Of a stretch of 64,000 bases of DNA, positions 54,380-61,296 are shown piece after piece. Each line of letters begins with the position of its first letter. Positions within the stretch are counted from its first letter, which is position 1. The notes below the pieces were generated by a model. The model was not told the origin of the DNA, did no database searches, and worked only from the letters and a program-made list of their open reading frames with translations. Position numbers and translations under genes: made by a program. The DNA is from Opitutaceae bacterium (lineage in GTDB: Bacteria; Verrucomicrobiota; Verrucomicrobiia; Opitutales; Opitutaceae). The DNA lies in NCBI GenBank assembly GCA_035298965.1, contig DATGXO010000107.1, positions 38,860-102,859 on the forward strand. Direction: 5' to 3'.

Positions 54380-57300
54380 CAGAGAGCGCGGAGGAGTGGG
54401 TGACTGCGTTTGCGTCGGAGGCAAGCTCGCCCTTGACGGCGACGATGAGCGTGACGGTCGTGCCTTCGTTGCTGCTGGAGACCTCGCAGCGACCGCCGAT
54501 GCGGCGGAGTCGCTCGTGCAGGTTGGCCATGCCATGGCCCGAGCAGAGGCGGTCGGGCGATGGGGGCCGATCGGCGGTCGCGAAGCCGCGGCCGTTGTCG
54601 CTGATCTCGAGCGCGAATGAGTCGGGCAAGAGCCGGAAGGCCACGCGCATTTCACTCGCGGTGGCGTGCTTCACCGCGTTGTTGAGCGTTTCCTTGAACG
54701 CGAGGAAGAGGTTGTGGCGAGTCTCGGCCGTCAGCGGCCAGGCGGGGACCGTAACGGGAAGATCGAGGCGGCACCGCAGATCCGCGGTGGCGAGGTACGC
54801 CTGCGCATAACGCGCCATGTAGTCGACGAGGCTGTCGAGCGTGTCGTGGCGAGGGTCGACGGCCCAGACGATTTCGTCCAGCGACCGGATCACCTCCCGC
54901 GCGGTCGAGTATATGCCCGACAACATGGTGGCGGTGCGCGCCGGGTCCTTGAGGTCGTTGCGCCCGGGTTGGCTGAGCATGGCGATGCGCGAGAGGCTGG
55001 CGCCGACATCGTCGTGGATATCCTGCGCGATGCGGGTGCGCTCACGTTCGATCTCGTGCTGGCGTTGCACCTGCTCGATGCGTTTCTGCATCCGCCGACG
55101 CGTGAAGAAGCGGGCGAGCCACGCGATGCCTGCGGCGGCGGCGAGCAGGCAGATCGCGACGAACCACCACGTTTGCCAGAAGAACGGAGCGACCGTGAAT
55201 ACCAGCGTGGCGCCCTCGGTGTTCCAGAGGCCGTCGTTGTTGCAGGCGATGACGCGGAACTGGTAGTTGCCGGCGGGAAGGCGGCTGTAGAACGCGGTGC
55301 GTTTCGCGCCGGCGTCGATCCAATCGCGATCGATGCCGATCAACCGGTATTTGAAGCGGACCTTGTCCGGCGCGACGAAACTCAGGCCGCTGTACCGGAA
55401 CTCGAGCCGACGATGATCCGGCGCCAACTGCTCCGTAGCGACGCCGCGGATGGAGGCGTTCGCGCGGCCGTCGACAACAAACGAGCCGAGCACCACGGGC
55501 GGCGTGATCGGGTTCGGCGTGATGCGCGCGGGGTCGACACAGAGGACACCTTTGCTGTTGGCAAACCACAGCCGGCCATCGGCCGTCTTGCAGCCGGCGG
55601 CTTGCAGGCCGCCGGTGAAGTCGATCGTCGGCAACCCGTCGGTCTGGTCGTAGATCTGGCTCTCGACGGTGCGCACATCGCCATCGGCGCAGCGATTCAG
55701 CTCCTGCTTCGCGACGCGCTGCAAACCATGGTGTGTGCTCAACCAGAGATAGCCGAGACCGTCGTCGAGGATGTAGGCGACGAACTTGCTCAACAGCCCC
55801 TGCTCGATCCCGAGGTTGACGAAGCGACCGTCTTTGAAACGGCTCAGACCGCCATCGGCGGTTCCGATCCACAACGTGCCGTCGGGATCGGCCCGGAGGC
55901 ATTGGACCGACTCGCTGTCGAGACCATCCTTCCGCCCGAAAAACGCCGTCTTCCCTTCCTTGTGTCGCGCGAGGCCTCCTTGCGAGTAGCCGCCCCAGAT
56001 CGCGCCTTCGCGATCGATCGCGATCGCACACACGGAGCCCTTGATGCCCGGGGGCGTTTTCACCAGCCAAGTCGCGGTGTCGCCGTGGAGCCGCCGCAGG
56101 CCGTCGCTGTTGCCGACGAGGACATCGTCGGTCCCGGGCACGGGGAGGAGCGCGTGCGCTGGATTCGAAGCCGGATCCACGCTGGCGGGGCGAACGAATC
56201 GGTCTTGCTCGAGCCGGTACGGCGCGCCCCACCAGTTGTCGCCGACCCAGATCTCGCCACCCGGGGTCTCGGCCACCGCCGGGATGTGCCAGTTGAGGAG
56301 TCCTTCGCTCTCGCCGTAGTGCCGCCACTCGCCGGCCGAGTACCGGTGCAGTCCTGCGCCATCGGTGCCGATCCACAGGTCGCCGCTCCGCCCGGAGCCG
56401 ATCGAAAGCACGGAGCAACCCTGCCATTGTTCGCGCGACGCGAGCGATGAGAACGGCGTGGGTCGGATCGAGACGAGACCGGCGCTGCCGGTGCCCACCC
56501 AAAGGCTTCCTTCGCGGTCCTCGAACAGGAATCGTACCCAGTTCTGCGGGATTCCGCTGCGGTGGTCCAAATGCACCGGAGTGCGACCGTCCTTGAAGAT
56601 CAGATAGAGACCAGAGTGGACAGTGCCGACCGCCAGCGTGCCGTCGCGCAGCTCCAGGCAACAGGTCATCGGCATGGGCGTCCACGGATCGCCGCCGCGG
56701 TCCTCGCTCCAGCGGGATCCGTTCCATTTGCGGACCCGGGTGTCGCACAAAACCCAGACCCCTCCGTCCGCCGCCGCGCCCACGGTCTGCGCGTAGTTGG
56801 TGAGGCGCGGACTTGGAAACGACTGCCGCACGAGTTTCCCGTTTTCCAAGTGAGCCACCCGGCCATTTCCGGACATCCAGATCGCTCCGCCGGCGCTCCG
56901 CGACCACGACATGACGCCCGGACGTTCGCCCTCGATCAACGAGGGCAGCCGGGTGCCCGTGTCCAAAGAGTCCACCGAGCCATCGATTCGCATCGCCCAG
57001 AGGTGGCCTTGTTCGTCGCTGCCGATGCCGTACACACGCTCCGCCCGCGGCGCGGAGGCGAATGCGAACCGTTCGAAACGACCCTCCCGGTAACGCGAGA
57101 TGCCTCCGGTATCATCGCCGATCCAGAGCGTCCCATCGCCAGCTTCGAAGAGGCACGAAATCAGGCCGTTCTCCAGTCCCGGAGTGGTCGAAGGGTCGAA
57201 GACCTCGAACCGCTCGCCATCGAACCGCGTCAACCCGCTGTGGGTGCCGAACCAGAGGTAGCTGTCCCGAGTTTGGATCGCTGAAGTGACCAAATTCTGC

Positions 57301-57431
57301 GGCAGCCCGTCCTCCGTCTGCCACACTCGGATGACATAGCCATCGGCGAGAAAAGTGGCGGCCGAGCAGCACGTCGCGCACACGAGCTTCACCAGCGGAA
57401 GTAGGGCGAGCAGGCGGAATGCTTTGGGCAT
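54369..57431 (-). CDS. Sensor histidine kinase with periplasmic two-component-regulator propeller repeats and Y_Y_Y domain (HisKA_3/HATPase_c)
   Basis: Repeated ...DGxLWxGTxxGLxRF... blades, a TM segment (WWFVAICLLAAAAGIAWL), and H-box ERTRIAQDIHDDVGASL. Confidence 0.85.
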   Translation of the reverse strand: MPKAFRLLALLPLVKLVCATCCSAATFLADGYVIRVWQTEDGLPQNLVTSAIQTRDSYLWFGTHSGLTRFDGERFEVFDPSTTPGLENGLISCLFEAGDGTLWIGDDTGGISRYREGRFERFAFASAPRAERVYGIGSDEQGHLWAMRIDGSVDSLDTGTRLPSLIEGERPGVMSWSRSAGGAIWMSGNGRVAHLENGKLVRQSFPSPRLTNYAQTVGAAADGGVWVLCDTRVRKWNGSRWSEDRGGDPWTPMPMTCCLELRDGTLAVGTVHSGLYLIFKDGRTPVHLDHRSGIPQNWVRFLFEDREGSLWVGTGSAGLVSIRPTPFSSLASREQWQGCSVLSIGSGRSGDLWIGTDGAGLHRYSAGEWRHYGESEGLLNWHIPAVAETPGGEIWVGDNWWGAPYRLEQDRFVRPASVDPASNPAHALLPVPGTDDVLVGNSDGLRRLHGDTATWLVKTPPGIKGSVCAIAIDREGAIWGGYSQGGLARHKEGKTAFFGRKDGLDSESVQCLRADPDGTLWIGTADGGLSRFKDGRFVNLGIEQGLLSKFVAYILDDGLGYLWLSTHHGLQRVAKQELNRCADGDVRTVESQIYDQTDGLPTIDFTGGLQAAGCKTADGRLWFANSKGVLCVDPARITPNPITPPVVLGSFVVDGRANASIRGVATEQLAPDHRRLEFRYSGLSFVAPDKVRFKYRLIGIDRDWIDAGAKRTAFYSRLPAGNYQFRVIACNNDGLWNTEGATLVFTVAPFFWQTWWFVAICLLAAAAGIAWLARFFTRRRMQKRIEQVQRQHEIERERTRIAQDIHDDVGASLSRIAMLSQPGRNDLKDPARTATMLSGIYSTAREVIRSLDEIVWAVDPRHDTLDSLVDYMARYAQAYLATADLRCRLDLPVTVPAWPLTAETRHNLFLAFKETLNNAVKHATASEMRVAFRLLPDSFALEISDNGRGFATADRPPSPDRLCSGHGMANLHERLRRIGGRCEVSSSNEGTTVTLIVAVKGELASDANAVTHSSALSDEP

Positions 57432-57677
57432 ACTGCGGTACGCGTTGGGGGTGGGTGGGGCGGAGAACGGAAAGGCCGATGGCAGCGGACGGCAAGCGCC
57501 GTTCTCGCGCAGAGGCTAAGTCATGGGGAGTCGATCTGATGGCGGGGCGTGGTGACGCGCCGTATTCTGGCGCAAGCGGCCGGCGCGACGTGAGCGCGCT
57601 GCGTTTGCGAACGACCCCGAGGAGCCCGCTGATCCGCACTGCGCGGCACCGTACCGAACCGGGTGTGCTGCTCGGGT

Positions 57678-57686
57678 CCCCCCCCC
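57678..57686. repeat. C9 homopolymer tract in the sensor-kinase/GH5 divergent spacer
   Basis: Read directly: gggtcccccccccggc. Confidence 0.8.
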
Positions 57687-57914
57687 GGCACCAATACGCC
57701 GGAGGAATCTGCTCCCATCAGGCCCACTCGCGCTCCGCTGCGAACAGGCTCGCGGGCCCGCAGAGGTCGTTCGAAAGGGCGGGGGATGAGGGCGCGCCGC
57801 GCTGTTTCGAAAGGCGTTTCACTCGTGGGCGGTCCCGCATTTTCGGGACAGGCGTGAACCGAGCGAATCTGTTAACGTTTCAGCACCCCGGCAGCCAGTC
57901 GGGTCCCCCACAGT

Positions 57915-57924
57915 CCCCCCCCCC
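57915..57924. repeat. C10 homopolymer tract about 50 nt upstream of the GH5 ATG
   Basis: Read directly: cagtcccccccccctaag. Confidence 0.8.
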
Positions 57925-57974
57925 TAAGCACAGTACCATCAACCAGGGCGGCACGTCCGAGTGTCGCATTGCCT

Positions 57975-60443
57975 ATGTTCGCCCCCCGAAAACTACTTAC
58001 CCTCGCAGGCGCCCTTCTGAGCGCGTTGCTGATCACCAGTTCCCCCGCGGCCGTGAAGTCGGAGATGCAGACCTATGTCGAGGCGATGCAGCCCGGCTGG
58101 AATTTGGGCAACTCGTTCGACGCTCCCGGCTCCGAAACCGGTTGGGGCAACCCGGTCGTGACACAGGAGTTCATCCAGCAAATCGCCGCCCAAGGCTTCA
58201 AGAGTATCCGCATCCCGGTGAGCTGGAGCGATCACACGGGCGCTGCGCCGACCTATACGGTCGACACCGCCTGGCTGGATCGCGTGGAACAGGTCGTCAA
58301 TTGGTCCCTCGATGCCGGTCTCCACGTGATGCTCAACATGCACCACGACTCGTACTGGATCCGGGAGATGCCGGCCGACTATATCGCCAGGTATACGGCG
58401 GTGTGGCAGCAGATCGCCCCGCGCTTCCGCGACCATCCTCGCGAGCTCATGCTCGAGACCATCAACGAGCCGGACTTCCTCAATGTCGACGACGCGACGA
58501 AGATCACTCTGGTCAACGAGCTGAACACGATCGCGTACGACGTGATCCGCGGCACCGGCGGTGGCAATGCCACGCGCCCGATTGTGATGCCGACCGTCGT
58601 CACCAACGCCAGCCAGATGTTCCTCGATGGCCTCAAGGCCAAGATGGTCGAACTGAACGACTCCAACCTGATCGCGACCATTCACTTCTACGGCTACTGG
58701 CCCTTCAGCACGAACATCGCCGGTGTGACGACCGTCGACGCCTCGGTGCTCAACGACATCAACACCTCGCTCAATGGCGCCTACGACACGTTCGTGGCCG
58801 CCGGTATCCCGGTGGTCGTCGGCGAACTCGGCCTGCTCGCGTACGACGCCGACATTAATGCGATCGAGCGCGGTGAGTTGCTGAAATTCTTTGAGATTTT
58901 CACCGCCACCGCCCAGTCAAAGGGCATCACCTGGCAGTGGTGGGACAATGGGAAATTCATCAACCGCGCCACCTACCAGTGGCGTGACCCCGAGCTCTAT
59001 GGCTACTTGATGCGGAGCGTTGCCGGCCGCACGACCACCGGCAGCACCGATCTCGTCTTCCTCAAGAAGGGCCTCCCGGTTCAGGACACGGTTGTTCAGC
59101 TGAACCTCAATGGAAACACCTTCGTCTCCCTCAAGGATGGCGCCACCACGCTGCAGTCGGGATTGGATTATACCCTGAGCGGCGAGAAGTTGACGCTCAA
59201 GGCGCGCGCGCTGTCGAAGTACGCCACCGGCTCATTTGGCGAGAAGGCGGTCTTCACGGTCAACATGACCTCCGGCCTTCCGTGGAAACTGCACGTGCGC
59301 TATGTCGATACCCCGGTTGCCTCTTCGGTCGATACCGAGACCGGCGCCGACATTCCCGTGCCGCTCGCCTTCAACGGCGACCTGCTCAAGACGGTCGAAG
59401 CCAAGTACTCGGACGGCACTGGCATCGAGCCGCACGCGTGGACGTCCTTCAAGCAGTGGCGCGATACGTACACGCCCGACTACGCGAACAACCAGATCAC
59501 CTTCAAGAAGGCGCTCTTCGACAAGGCCAAGCCGGGCCTCCTGAACTTCGCCTTCTATTTCTGGAGCGGGAAAGTCGTTCGCTACCAGATGTCGATCGTC
59601 GATCGCGCCGGCCAGGTCGGCACCGAACTCCAGATCTACGGCGACGGCCTCGCTGCGGGTTGGAACGACTGGACGAGTTGGGCGACGCACGACTTGGCCA
59701 GCACGGACCAAGCGCACTCCGGCACGCGGTCGATTTCGGTGACTCCCGGCGCTTACGGTGCTGTTGGTCTTTCGAATGGCGGCGCGGCTATCGATACGTC
59801 GATTTACCATACATTGGTGTTCTGGATTCATGGCGGATCCGTCGGCGGCCAGAGCATCGGCGTCGGCGCCGTGCGTGGCGACGATTGGAGTTCCCCCTGG
59901 ACCGGTATTCCGGCTCCGGTGGCGAATACTTGGCAAAAAGTGGAAGTTTCGCTCAGAAGCCTCGGCGTCGACGGAAGCTCCAATATCAGCCGGGTCCTCT
60001 TCCAGGACTGGTCGGGCGGGGATGCTCCGACCTTCTATATCGACGACATCGTCCTGACGACCGCCAAGGCCTCGACATCGATGGATGTCTACGCCGATCC
60101 GGCCGTGAACATGACACCGCAGGTCCAGATCACGAAGGGCGGCTATGTGCTCAATCGTCGCACGAATCGCTACGTCCAGACCGTCGTCGTTAAGAATACC
60201 GGATCCACTCCGGTGACGGGGCCGGTCTATCTCGTCCTGGATTCGCTGTCCGCCAACACGACGCTGTCGAACTCGTCCGGCAAGACCAACGTCGAGCTCC
60301 CGACCGGTAGCCCGTACGTGCAGGTCACTTCCGGCGCCCTCGCCGCCAATACCCAGGTGAGTGTCTCCCTCGAGTTCACCGTTCCTGCCTCCGGTGGCAT
60401 CACCTACGACGCGCGCCTCCTGACCGACGGTGCGACTCCCTGA
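57975..60443 (+). CDS. Multidomain GH5 endo-beta-1,4-glucanase (xyloglucanase-type) with C-terminal accessory/binding domains
   Basis: ATG 57975 (the track uses TTG 57969). Signal peptide, acid/base LETINEP, nucleophile VVGELG, followed by about 480 aa of beta-rich modules. Confidence 0.8.
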   Translation: MFAPRKLLTLAGALLSALLITSSPAAVKSEMQTYVEAMQPGWNLGNSFDAPGSETGWGNPVVTQEFIQQIAAQGFKSIRIPVSWSDHTGAAPTYTVDTAWLDRVEQVVNWSLDAGLHVMLNMHHDSYWIREMPADYIARYTAVWQQIAPRFRDHPRELMLETINEPDFLNVDDATKITLVNELNTIAYDVIRGTGGGNATRPIVMPTVVTNASQMFLDGLKAKMVELNDSNLIATIHFYGYWPFSTNIAGVTTVDASVLNDINTSLNGAYDTFVAAGIPVVVGELGLLAYDADINAIERGELLKFFEIFTATAQSKGITWQWWDNGKFINRATYQWRDPELYGYLMRSVAGRTTTGSTDLVFLKKGLPVQDTVVQLNLNGNTFVSLKDGATTLQSGLDYTLSGEKLTLKARALSKYATGSFGEKAVFTVNMTSGLPWKLHVRYVDTPVASSVDTETGADIPVPLAFNGDLLKTVEAKYSDGTGIEPHAWTSFKQWRDTYTPDYANNQITFKKALFDKAKPGLLNFAFYFWSGKVVRYQMSIVDRAGQVGTELQIYGDGLAAGWNDWTSWATHDLASTDQAHSGTRSISVTPGAYGAVGLSNGGAAIDTSIYHTLVFWIHGGSVGGQSIGVGAVRGDDWSSPWTGIPAPVANTWQKVEVSLRSLGVDGSSNISRVLFQDWSGGDAPTFYIDDIVLTTAKASTSMDVYADPAVNMTPQVQITKGGYVLNRRTNRYVQTVVVKNTGSTPVTGPVYLVLDSLSANTTLSNSSGKTNVELPTGSPYVQVTSGALAANTQVSVSLEFTVPASGGITYDARLLTDGATP

Positions 60444-60475
60444 GCGGCTTCGATAAACGCAACCACTATTTAGCC

Positions 60476-61117
60476 ATGAATCTTCTGCGCAATTCGACTC
60501 TCGCCGCTCTGCTCGCTCTGGCGGCAACCGCTGCCGCCAACGCTCAGGTTACCTACAACATCTCGCTCGACACCAGTTCGCTGCTCTCCAGTTCATCCGC
60601 GCCGTTCTCGCTGGATTTCCAGTTCAGCGACGGCTCGGGCGTCGGTTCCGGCCTGAACTGGGCGACGTTGAGCAACTTCCAGTTCGGCGGTGGTTCCGCT
60701 GTCGGCACCCCGACGTTGTGGGGCGATGCCACCGGTGATCTTGGGTCCACAGTCACGCTGGGGACCTCCGATGCGATGCTGAACGAGTTCTACCAGGAGT
60801 TTGCTCCGGGTACGTTCCTTTCGTTCAACCTCACGTTGACGACCAACACCCCGTGGTCGGGGGCGACGGATCTGTTCTCGTTCTCAATCCTGGATGGTAG
60901 CTTGGCGAGCCTCTTGACGGACTCCCCCAACGGGGCCCTCGTCGAAGTGAGTCTCAGCGATCTCGGCGCCGCCACCGCGACTTTCGGCAGCTCCGACAAC
61001 GGCCTCTCCGCGCCATCGATCACCGCCATCCCGGAACCCGCGACCTACGGCCTGTTCTTGGGCGCCGGACTTCTGGTGGCTGTTGTTGTCCGACGAGTGA
61101 CTACAAAACGCGCCTAG
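60476..61117 (+). CDS. Small secreted PEP-CTERM sorting-domain protein
   Basis: Signal peptide, then a Ser/Thr/Gly-rich body. The C-terminus is IPEPATYGLFLGAGLLVAVVVRR: a PEP motif, a TM helix, then a basic tail. Confidence 0.85.
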   Translation: MNLLRNSTLAALLALAATAAANAQVTYNISLDTSSLLSSSSAPFSLDFQFSDGSGVGSGLNWATLSNFQFGGGSAVGTPTLWGDATGDLGSTVTLGTSDAMLNEFYQEFAPGTFLSFNLTLTTNTPWSGATDLFSFSILDGSLASLLTDSPNGALVEVSLSDLGAATATFGSSDNGLSAPSITAIPEPATYGLFLGAGLLVAVVVRRVTTKRA

Positions 61118-61136
61118 TCCCGACCCCAGTCTCCAT

Positions 61137-61168
61137 CGAACAAGTTATATTCGGATAGAACTTGTTCG
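61137..61168. promoter_or_regulatory. 10-bp inverted repeat CGAACAAGTT-n12-AACTTGTTCG (terminator hairpin or operator)
   Basis: Read directly, 20 nt after the PEP-CTERM gene's stop and about 130 nt before the TonB-dependent receptor's ATG. AT-rich. Confidence 0.5.
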
Positions 61169-61296
61169 CCGAGCGCCGGCGCGAAGCAACGACCGGCGCA
61201 TTCTATATACAACGCTTGGTAGCACTGCCTCCAGCCAAGCACAGATTTCGACAGTTTCCCCAGGTGCAAGCCTGCAAACCAACCCCCGAAAGTAAA

